Shown here: positions 1 to 7,960 of the stretch, piece by piece
How the letters are laid out: every line of letters begins with the position of its first letter
Numbering within the stretch: position 1 is the stretch's first letter
From: Elusimicrobiota bacterium
GTDB taxonomy: Bacteria; Elusimicrobiota; Elusimicrobia; Elusimicrobiales; UBA9959
NCBI GenBank assembly: GCA_037137395.1
Contig: JBAXKK010000059.1
Coordinates: 1 to 16,765, forward strand
DNA length: 16,765 nt
Reading direction: 5' to 3'
Made by a program: the position numbers and the translations under genes
The notes under the pieces: generated by a model
What the model was told of the DNA's origin: nothing
The model's input: only the letters and a program-made list of their open reading frames with translations
Databases searched by the model: none

Positions 1-338
1 TCCACCGAAATCCAGCGATCGCCCTGGCGGGAGATAGGCGTTTCGCCCACGCCGTACTGGTCGATCCTGTTCCTAAGTATCTCTATGGCACGAGTGATGG
101 CGTCGTTGAGAGTCTCTTTTTTATCAAGTTTCTCAACATCAAGTTCAAGAAGCATATGCGTGCCGCCGCGCAGGTCCAGGCCGAGAGTCAGCATGCGTTT
201 GGGTCGTTCACGCATGGCCTCAAGCTTGCTTCTCTCGTCGGCGGTTTTGGTGTACCATTCCACAGTGGGGTATAAAAGCCATAAAGAAAGTATGCCCAGG
301 CCCAGTATAAGGCCGAGTTTCCAATGTAATTTATTCAT
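1..338 (-). CDS. secD: Protein translocase subunit SecD, 5' part (runs off the window edge)
   Basis: Not in the ORF track. Manual translation from ATG at 338 (GGAG RBS at 347-350) gives MNKLHWKLGLILGLGILSLWLLYP...LGLDLRGGTHMLLELD...AIEILRNRIDQYGVGETPISRQG. The LGLDLxGG and RID.xGV.E motifs and the position after yajC fit SecD. Confidence 0.95.
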   Translation of the reverse strand, partial: MNKLHWKLGLILGLGILSLWLLYPTVEWYTKTADERSKLEAMRERPKRMLTLGLDLRGGTHMLLELDVEKLDKKETLNDAITRAIEILRNRIDQYGVGETPISRQGDRWISV

Positions 339-353
339 TTTATAGGCTCCTGA

Positions 354-623
354 TTATTTGGTCTGGTTCACGAGACCGGCGACCGCGGATCTGACAATAG
401 TAACTTTCACGCTCTTGGCTATTTCCACTTCCAGTTCATCGCCGTTTAAGCCGGTTATAACGCCCACAAGGCCGCCGTTGGTGAGAATTTTGTCCCCTGA
501 CTTAAGGGCTTCAATCATATTCTTCCTTTCTTTCATCTGTTTCTGCTGGGGGCGTATGACGAAAAAATAAAAGATTCCCATTATAATGATTATTGGAATA
601 AATTGAGTAAGTTGGTTGTTCAT
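354..623 (-). CDS. yajC: Preprotein translocase subunit YajC
   Basis: IFYFFVIRPQQKQ...LKSGDKILTNGGLVG motif. Start moved to ATG at 623, which has a GGAGG RBS at 628-632. tgt-yajC-secD synteny. Confidence 0.95.
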   Translation of the reverse strand: MNNQLTQFIPIIIIMGIFYFFVIRPQQKQMKERKNMIEALKSGDKILTNGGLVGVITGLNGDELEVEIAKSVKVTIVRSAVAGLVNQTK

Positions 624-778
624 TGTTCCTCCGTAATTTATATATATATCTGCATTTAATTCTACCAAATTTTAACGGCAAATGTTCGTCTTGGCTGTAA
701 GGGGGGCGTTAAAGGTACGGGCGAAAAGCCGCAACTGTCATTTTAGGTTAAAAAATGTTCGCCGTCAGTCGATTTCGT

Positions 779-1966
<1,188 letters not shown>

Positions 1967-2006
1967 TTATTACTGATTCCTGTCCCGCTGTAGTATTGTC
2001 TTGCTG

Positions 2007-3059
2007 CTAGCTTATAAACATCGCGTCCCCGTATGAATAGAACCTGTATTTTTTATCCACGGCTTCTTTATACGCGTTAAAAAGAAGTTCGCGGCCGGCG
2101 AACGCTGCGGTCATGTAAAGCGGCGCGGAAGAGGGGACATGCAGATTAGTGAGAAAAGCGTCCGCGGTTTTAAACCTGTAGCCGGGATAGATGAAGAGTC
2201 CGGCTTGCCCCTCTCCGGGCAGAAGCCTCCCGGACTCGTCCGAAAAAGTTTCCAAAGTCCGCATAGACGAAGTTCCCACTGCTATTATCCTGCGGCCTTT
2301 TCCCTTTGCGGCGTTAAGCGCGTCGGCCGTCTCGGCTGAAAGAGAACACTCCTCGCCAAGCATCACATGGGCCGTCGGATCTTCGCCGCGGACGGGCTTA
2401 AAAGTGCCCCAGCCGATATGCAGCGTGACATAACGCACATCAACGCCTTTCGCCTGTATCGTATTCAGAAGTTCTGGCGTAAAGTGGAAGCCCGCAGTCG
2501 GCGCGGCGATTGAGCCCGGAACGGCGGCGAAAATTGTCTGATAGCGGGAATCGTCCGGTGTTTCGTTTCCCGCAGGCTCGTTCTTTTTCCTCGCTTTAAG
2601 AATATACTGTGGCAGCGGGACTTCGGCGTTATGCTCCAGGTAAGCCTGGTCGAGAGGGGAAGAAAGATCAAAAAGAAAACTGCCGTCCGCATTCTGGCGC
2701 AGGCAGACGGCTTTTGCCCCGCCGTTGCAGATAAGCGTCTGGCCAGGCTGGATCTTGCGGGCCAGTGCGCTCCATGTTGTCAGGTCTGCGCGTTCCGGTC
2801 TGATCAGAAGAAGTTCAGACTTGCCTCCCGTGGGTTTCCGGGCGGGCAGTTTGGCCTTCCAGACTTTGCTACTGTTGAGGACCAGCACATCTCCGGGGAA
2901 CAGGAGGTCCGGCAGGTTGCGAAAAACTCTGTGCTCTATGGTCTTGCTGGCGCGGTTCAAAGATACAAGCCTGGAGGCGTCCCTCGGCTCAGCCGGTCTG
3001 GCCGCTATAAGGGAGTCAATGGGTAAACTGTCGAATTCCGTAAGGGCGGCCTCAGTCAT
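2007..3059 (-). CDS. queA: S-adenosylmethionine:tRNA ribosyltransferase-isomerase
   Basis: PAEPRDASRL, RYQTIFA, GSIAAPTAGFHF, VTLHIGWGTFKPV and YRFYSYGDAM motifs. ATG at 3059 overlaps the upstream stop (ATGACTGA). Confidence 0.96.
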   Translation of the reverse strand: MTEAALTEFDSLPIDSLIAARPAEPRDASRLVSLNRASKTIEHRVFRNLPDLLFPGDVLVLNSSKVWKAKLPARKPTGGKSELLLIRPERADLTTWSALARKIQPGQTLICNGGAKAVCLRQNADGSFLFDLSSPLDQAYLEHNAEVPLPQYILKARKKNEPAGNETPDDSRYQTIFAAVPGSIAAPTAGFHFTPELLNTIQAKGVDVRYVTLHIGWGTFKPVRGEDPTAHVMLGEECSLSAETADALNAAKGKGRRIIAVGTSSMRTLETFSDESGRLLPGEGQAGLFIYPGYRFKTADAFLTNLHVPSSAPLYMTAAFAGRELLFNAYKEAVDKKYRFYSYGDAMFIS

Positions 3060-4191
3060 CAACAGCCCCTATTGATGTTCCGGGATAATACTGGCGAAGT
3101 ATTTTTTTATAGTTCTTTCCATTCAGCGCCATGTGCTTGGCGCCTTCCTGGCACATGCCCACGCCGTGTCCCCAGCCCCGGCCGTAGAATTCGTAGCCGC
3201 CGTTGCCCGGCGTGATCCGAGTGATAAAAGTGCTCTTTATATCATAGGTGCCGAAATTTTTTCGAACCTCCGAGGCGGCCGCGGTGAATGAGCCGGCGTC
3301 GGTCATAAACTTTATCTTTGTGGCTCGGCCGGAGCGGTCGCGATCGGATATACGGACTCCCTTTATCTTAAGCGCGTTGGAGCCCTTTTTTTGGATAAAG
3401 GAGAGAAGATCGCGGGACGTTGCGTAATATTCCCAGCTGAAATGGGTTGAGTCGGAACAGAAAGGGTCTCTGACGCCGTAAAGCGGCTTAACGACGGCTT
3501 CGCCCCAGGCGGAACTCGCGCTGGCCGTATAGCCTCCGCAGCAGGCGTGAAAAAAAGCGGTAATAAGCTTTTCCTTATATTTCAGCACTTCACCGCGGGT
3601 GGACTTGACGGCGTCTATAATGCGCGAGTTCATGCCGGAGGCGCCATTATAGACCTGTGTTTCCACGCCGTCCGTCATATCGTAGTCTTTCTTCGGATTG
3701 ATACTTTTAAGCGCGTAAGTGCGCGAGGCAACGGCCTGGGCTTTCAGGGCTTCCAGCGGCCAGTCCGGACTCATCTCAACCGGCAGCACGCCGCAGAGAT
3801 AGTCTTCTATAGAGAGATGCTCAACGACTTCCAATTTTTCGGCGGCGGTCGTCTTCATATAGAGATCGCCGTTGTAGAAGTGCCCGTTTATTTTAACGCA
3901 GTCACCGCCATCCGCGGCCAACAGCTTAACAGGCGACTCCAGGGTCTCGCCGGCCACGGCCAGATGTGTGGCGTTGACATATCTGACTTCATATACTGAC
4001 CTTTCAAGCAGCAGATATTTTTGCCCTGTTTTAACCTCCAGCGCGTAAACTTTGGCCGAAGTGACGAGTTTAAATTGATTGGTGTTACGGGAGATAGCGA
4101 CCCGGATAACGGAGGGGGCTTCCTCTCCGGAGCCGGCTGCGAAGTTGAGCGGAGCAAGCGACAATATTGCGCAAAGAAAGAGTCGTATCAT
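3052..4191 (-). CDS. SpoIID/LytB domain protein (lytic transglycosylase-like), signal peptide
   Basis: IEDYLCGVLPVEM..WPLEALKAQAVASRTYA, QVYNG, and GRGWGHGVGMCQEGA...ILRQYYPG motifs; hydrophobic N-terminus. Confidence 0.93.
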   Translation of the reverse strand: MIRLFLCAILSLAPLNFAAGSGEEAPSVIRVAISRNTNQFKLVTSAKVYALEVKTGQKYLLLERSVYEVRYVNATHLAVAGETLESPVKLLAADGGDCVKINGHFYNGDLYMKTTAAEKLEVVEHLSIEDYLCGVLPVEMSPDWPLEALKAQAVASRTYALKSINPKKDYDMTDGVETQVYNGASGMNSRIIDAVKSTRGEVLKYKEKLITAFFHACCGGYTASASSAWGEAVVKPLYGVRDPFCSDSTHFSWEYYATSRDLLSFIQKKGSNALKIKGVRISDRDRSGRATKIKFMTDAGSFTAAASEVRKNFGTYDIKSTFITRITPGNGGYEFYGRGWGHGVGMCQEGAKHMALNGKNYKKILRQYYPGTSIGAVDD

Positions 4192-4225
4192 AAGAAGCAG
4201 TGCATAAGGGGGAGGGAATCACGCT

Positions 4226-5251
4226 TTATAAGAACTTCTCCTGGGTCGGAGCTTTCAGGCCGAGGTGGAGATAGGCTTTTTCGGTCAGAATCCTGCCCCG
4301 GGTGGTGCGCTGTATGAAGCCGGACTGCATTAGAAATGGTTCTATCACATCGGTAAGCGTGTCTATCTCTTCAGACACCGCTACCGCAAGGGTCTCCACG
4401 CCCACCGGGCCGCCTCCGAATTTTTCCGCTATAGTTCGCAGCAGTCTGCGGTCCAAACTATCCAGACCTTCCTTGTCTATCTCCAGAGAATTCATGGCCT
4501 CCAGCGTTACGGCCGGAGTTATTATTCCATTTGCCCGGACCTGCGCGAAGTCGCGCACGCGCTTCAGCAGACGGTTAGCGATTCTTGGGGTGCCTCGGGA
4601 ACGCGCCGCGATATGGGCTAATCCCTCCCTTGTGGCTTCTGTTTTAAGGATGCGGGCCGACCGTTCCAGGATCTGTTCTATTTCGGAGGTGCCGTAAAAC
4701 CCCAGATTGAAAACGATGCCGAAACGGTCCCGCAACGGTCCGGTCAGCAGTCCGCTTCTGGTCGTCGCGCCCACCAGTGTGAATTTGGGGACCGCCAGTC
4801 TGAGCGTGGTGGCGCCGGGGCCCGCGCCGGTGCTGATGAAAAAAAGAAAATCTTCCATGACGGGGTAGAGAGCCTCTTCCACTGAGGCGTTAAGGCGGTG
4901 TATCTCGTCAATAAAAAGGATGTCGCCTTCCTGAAGTTCGGTGGTAAGCATTGCCGCTAAATCTCCCGGCTTTCCCAGGACAGGGCCGGAAGTGACTTTT
5001 ATATTTACGCCCATTTCTTTGGCAAGAATATAGCTAAGCGTGGTTTTGCCCAGGCCCGGGGGGGAATAAAACAGACAATGATCAAGCGCCTCTTTGCGGC
5101 CCTTGGCGGCCTCTATGAAGACCCGCAGATTTTCTTTAAGTTTTTCCTGTCCGACGAATTCGTCAAGGCTGGAAGGACGCAGGGCGCTATCCATATATCT
5201 GGCATCGTCGCCGGTCGCTTTCGCGGAAAGTAAGTTTTCTTTTTCGGGCAT
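4226..5251 (-). CDS. ruvB: Holliday junction branch migration helicase RuvB
   Basis: [53 protein letters not shown] and [16 protein letters not shown] motifs. Confidence 0.98.
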   Translation of the reverse strand: MPEKENLLSAKATGDDARYMDSALRPSSLDEFVGQEKLKENLRVFIEAAKGRKEALDHCLFYSPPGLGKTTLSYILAKEMGVNIKVTSGPVLGKPGDLAAMLTTELQEGDILFIDEIHRLNASVEEALYPVMEDFLFFISTGAGPGATTLRLAVPKFTLVGATTRSGLLTGPLRDRFGIVFNLGFYGTSEIEQILERSARILKTEATREGLAHIAARSRGTPRIANRLLKRVRDFAQVRANGIITPAVTLEAMNSLEIDKEGLDSLDRRLLRTIAEKFGGGPVGVETLAVAVSEEIDTLTDVIEPFLMQSGFIQRTTRGRILTEKAYLHLGLKAPTQEKFL

Positions 5252-5287
5252 AATCAGTGTTTGGCTGCAGGTTGTTGAGCGGTTGTC

Positions 5288-5905
5288 TTATTTCGGAGAA
5301 AGTCTTTTAAGAGTGCGTTTCAAAAGCTCTTCAGCGTTCTCTGTCGCAGGGCGCTCCTCAGCGGCGGCTGCTTCCAGGGCGACTTTGGCTTCTCCAGCCC
5401 TGAACCCTAAACTGGCGAGAGCATTTAGAACCTGGGCGTACACGCCTTGCGCGGTAAAAACCCCCAGCCGGGCTGAACCGGCGGTCTGAAAATCAGGCAT
5501 CTTGTCTTTAAGAGCGGCTATAAGTTTGTCTGCGGTCTTTGCCGTGAAACCGAAGATGGAAGTCAGAAGTTTGGGGTCGTTATGTATAACAGCCTGCTTG
5601 AAATCCGGCAGGGATTTAAGGGCCTTGTTTAGATAGTCCAGCGCTTTCTTAGCGCCCGTATTAGGCACGGCGTCGCGGAAAAGATCGAAGAGACTTTTTT
5701 CTTCCTTAGTCAGAAAACCATAAAGAGCCGTACCGCCGTACATGCTGATGGATTCAGCCACCAACACGAACGCTTCGCTGCCCTCAGGACCGAGATTTCG
5801 GAGCGAGGCTTCGCAGAGAAAAATCTCATAACCGACCCCGCCCGCCTCTATCACGGCGCCCTCATCCGTTTTAAGCGCCACAGAGCCGCGCAGGGAGGCG
5901 ATCAT
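5288..5905 (-). CDS. ruvA: Holliday junction branch migration protein RuvA (divergent)
   Basis: MIASLRG, GGVGYEI, LYGF...EKSLF and C-terminal ALASLGF. The likely ATG at 5905 overlaps the ruvC stop (ATGA). Lies between ruvC and ruvB. Confidence 0.92.
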   Translation of the reverse strand: MIASLRGSVALKTDEGAVIEAGGVGYEIFLCEASLRNLGPEGSEAFVLVAESISMYGGTALYGFLTKEEKSLFDLFRDAVPNTGAKKALDYLNKALKSLPDFKQAVIHNDPKLLTSIFGFTAKTADKLIAALKDKMPDFQTAGSARLGVFTAQGVYAQVLNALASLGFRAGEAKVALEAAAAEERPATENAEELLKRTLKRLSPK

Positions 5906-6402
5906 ACGGCCCTCGCCAGCGCCGCTTTGAAAGGCGCCACGCGCAGGTGACAAATGGCGGCGGCCATGGCGTCCGCTATGTCGTCGGGGCGGGGCAACTC
6001 TTTAAGGTTAAGGGTCATTTGCACTACTCTCTGGATCTGGGGCTTTTCCGCGCTGCCGTTGCCGCTGACCGTCTTTTTTATAGTCTTAGGGTTATATGAG
6101 CTTATCTTAAGCGAGAGCTTTTCGCAGGCCAGCAGTATTACACCCCTGGCGTGGGTTGTGTTAGCCTGTGTCTCGGCTCTTTTAGAGAAAAACACTTCCT
6201 CTATCGCCGCTTCGTCGGGATTGTTCTCCCGTATCACATCGCTTAAAGCGTCGTATATCTCTGCCAGGCGCTTTTCAAGAAGAACTCCTTTTTCAGTGTG
6301 AATAAGTCCTGACGCCAGCAGGCGCGGAGATTTTGAGGCGACGCTTTCAAGCACTGCCCAACCGGTGCGGTCGAGTCCGGGGTCTATGCCTAATATTATC
6401 AT
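5902..6402 (-). CDS. ruvC: Crossover junction endodeoxyribonuclease RuvC
   Basis: ILGIDPG, AAIEEVFF, ARGVI, IKKTVSGNGSAEKPQI and DDIADAMAAAICH motifs. Confidence 0.97.
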   Translation of the reverse strand: MIILGIDPGLDRTGWAVLESVASKSPRLLASGLIHTEKGVLLEKRLAEIYDALSDVIRENNPDEAAIEEVFFSKRAETQANTTHARGVILLACEKLSLKISSYNPKTIKKTVSGNGSAEKPQIQRVVQMTLNLKELPRPDDIADAMAAAICHLRVAPFKAALARAV

Positions 6403-6416
6403 AAAAGATTTTGTGT

Positions 6417-6493
6417 CAGGGTATAGGGGGAGGGTCCAGGGTTAAAGAACCTGTTTGCCGCGCTATATCCTCTATCCTAATCTCTATACCCTG
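6417..6493. repeat. Inverted pair of degenerate heptamer tandem repeats (AGGGTAT family)
   Basis: Left arm agggtat aggggg agggtcc agggtta (6418-6444). The right arm reverse-complements to agggtat agagatt aggatag aggatat. Perfect terminal 10-bp inverted repeat cagggtatag (6417-6426) / ctataccctg (6484-6493). Confidence 0.75.
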
Positions 6494-6496
6494 GTT

Positions 6497-7249
6497 TTAC
6501 TCCAGCTTGGACAGAATGGAGTCCGGAATGTCAAAATTGGAATGGACCTTCTGCACATCATCGTGGTCCTCCAGATTATTCATCAGGTTGACAACCTGCT
6601 GGGCCTTATCTTCTCCCACTTTGACTTCATTTTTGGGGAGCATTGTCAGCTCAGCCAGAACGATGGGGATCTTGCGCTCTTCCAGCTTTTTCTTTACGGA
6701 CTCGAAGTCCGCCGGGGCGGTGATTATCTCATATTCGTCTGATTCAGATTGCGACTTAAAATCTTCGGCGCCGATATCCAAGGCCAACGTCATCAACTCA
6801 TCTTCCTTGGCATCGGATTTTTTTACTGAGATATATCCTTTCGGCTCGAACATCCAGGCCACGCTGCCGGTGCTGGCGATATTGCCGCCGGAAACCTCAA
6901 ATATTTTTCGTATTTCGCTGAAAACCCGGTTCCGGTTGTCGGTCGTAACTTCCACAAGAACAGCGATGCCGCCCGGGCCGTAGCCCTCGTACATTATTTC
7001 CTCGTAAGTCATGCCGGGCAATTGACCGGTGCCGCGCATGATGGCGCGTTTTACATTATCAACTGGCATATTGGCCTCTTTGGCGTCTTCCATAGCTTTG
7101 CGGAGGCGGGGATTTTCGTCAGGCTTACCGCCACCTATCTTGGCGGCCATGGCGATTTCTTTTATGATTCTCGTGAAGACTTTGCCTTTCTTCGCGTCCG
7201 TAATGGCTTTTTTGTGTTTTATTCCTGCCCAGTGAGAGTGTCCACCCAT
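6497..7249 (-). CDS. yebC: YebC/PmpR family protein
   Basis: MGGHSHWAGIKHKK, NPRLR, YEGYGPGG, TDNRNR and LEDHDDVQKVHSN motifs; usual position upstream of ruvC. Confidence 0.96.
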   Translation of the reverse strand: MGGHSHWAGIKHKKAITDAKKGKVFTRIIKEIAMAAKIGGGKPDENPRLRKAMEDAKEANMPVDNVKRAIMRGTGQLPGMTYEEIMYEGYGPGGIAVLVEVTTDNRNRVFSEIRKIFEVSGGNIASTGSVAWMFEPKGYISVKKSDAKEDELMTLALDIGAEDFKSQSESDEYEIITAPADFESVKKKLEERKIPIVLAELTMLPKNEVKVGEDKAQQVVNLMNNLEDHDDVQKVHSNFDIPDSILSKLE

Positions 7250-7268
7250 AATCGGCTCCTTTGCCTCC

Positions 7269-7355
7269 AGAGGGCTGGAGGATTAGAGGATTGGAGGATT
7301 GACCGAAGCGGTTTATATCCTGCTGGTCTAAAATCCTAAGAATCCTCAGTCGTCT
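7269..7355. repeat. Inverted pair of degenerate octamer repeats (RGAGGATT family)
   Basis: agagggct ggaggatt agaggatt ggaggatt (7269-7300), opposed by looser aatcctaa / aatcctc units (about 7316-7355). Confidence 0.7.
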
Positions 7356-7402
7356 CTGTTATATTGTTAAAATTCAACTTTTGCACGCGACTCAGTAAAT
7401 AA

Positions 7403-7431
7403 ATTCTATAATAATACGCGGTCTTTCACAA
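7403..7431 (-). promoter_or_regulatory. Putative sigma70 promoter for the yebC-ruvCAB-...-secD operon
   Basis: Minus strand TTGTGA (7431-7426), 17-nt spacer, TAGAAT (7408-7403). Same TTATAGAAT context as the promoter at 12764. Confidence 0.6.
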
Positions 7432-7443
7432 GACCTGCGGATG

Positions 7444-7524
7444 ACTGGTTAATGATTAACGGCGAGTGTTAAGGCAACCGAGGCGTCATCAATATCCGCG
7501 ATTAACCACTAACCACTCGCCACT
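7444..7524. repeat. Inverted pair of degenerate heptamer repeats (AGTGGTT family)
   Basis: actggtt aatgatt aacggcg agtgtta (7444-7471) versus aaccact aaccact cgccact (7504-7524), directly upstream of the tRNA. Confidence 0.7.
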
Positions 7525-7532
7525 TGATTTAT

Positions 7533-7606
7533 GCCCCCTTAGCTCAACTGGATAGAGCAACTGCCTTCGGAGCAGTAGGTTAGAGGTTCGAACCCTCTAG
7601 GGGGCA
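7533..7606 (+). tRNA. tRNA-Arg(TCG); CCA not encoded
   Basis: Cloverleaf: acceptor GCCCCCT/AGGGGGC, D-arm GCTC/GAGC, anticodon arm ACTGC-CTTCGGA-GCAGT (TCG at 7567-7569), T-arm AGAGG-TTCGAAC-CCTCT. Confidence 0.96.
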
Positions 7607-7772
7607 CAATTTTTGCGACCAACTAAGCGCGTCAACTGCTTGACGCGCGTGAGGGTTCGAAAGCCGGAGCGATGGCGAGCCAGAAGGCGAGTCCGCGAGG
7701 CGGGGCCGAAGGGCCGGTGGAGCGACGGCGACACCGGAACCTGTGGCCGAACCCTCTAGGGGGCACAATTTT
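7589..7772 (+). repeat. 25-bp direct repeat of the tRNA 3' end (att-like) bracketing a structured 134-bp insert
   Basis: cgaaccctctagggggcacaatttt occurs at 7589-7613 and 7748-7772. Confidence 0.9.
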
Positions 7773-7800
7773 AGGTTATTGCAACTGGATGCAATAACCT
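7773..7800. other. Perfect 11-bp hairpin after the duplicated tRNA end
   Basis: aggttattgca-actgga-tgcaataacct; no U-tract on the + strand. Confidence 0.7.
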
Positions 7801-7889
7801 GCCATTAGCCGTTTGCCATAGGCCGTACGCAGAAAGCTCAAAAGGGAAGTTCTTTAAAAGCGTATGGCTAATGGCATAAGGCAAATGGC
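7801..7889. repeat. Inverted pair of degenerate heptamer repeats (GCCATWW family)
   Basis: gccatta gccgttt gccatag gccgtac gc (7801-7830) versus gcgtatg gctaatg gcataag gcaaatg gc (7860-7889). Confidence 0.85.
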
Positions 7890-7960
7890 GGGCTCTCGCT
7901 GTCACAATTTCGTAATCTATCCTTAATGTTCCTGAAAAACGGATATAAGACAATATATAT

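Noticed and set aside
85..345. Plus-strand 86-aa ORF and the other short antisense or overlapping ORFs in the track (for example 1391-1966, 3547-3999, 6411-6983, 15329-15853)
   Set aside because: They shadow well-supported genes on the opposite strand or in another frame and show no recognisable motifs.
680..761. AAATGTTCG repeats as LexA/SOS boxes
   Set aside because: They fit neither GAAC-N4-GTTC nor GTTC-N7-GTTC and are not upstream of the ruv genes.
5906..5953. N-terminal extension of RuvA in the ORF track
   Set aside because: It lies inside ruvC. The ATG at 5905 gives the canonical MIASLRG start with an ATGA overlap.
7365..7412. Plus-strand promoter for the tRNA (TTGCAC...TATAAT, or extended -10 TGTTAAAAT)
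   Set aside because: The TTGCAC-TATAAT spacing is 20 nt and the alternative lacks support; too ambiguous to call.
7580..7768. 62-aa minus-strand ORF with repeated CPLEGS
   Set aside because: The peptide repeat is just the translated tRNA-end duplication, and the ORF overlaps the tRNA in antisense.
7589..7772. CRISPR array, second tRNA, or boundary of a large prophage/island
   Set aside because: Only two repeats, a 134-bp interval, no cas or integrase gene, and the second copy has only the 3' part of the T-arm and acceptor stem. No third copy was seen in the window.
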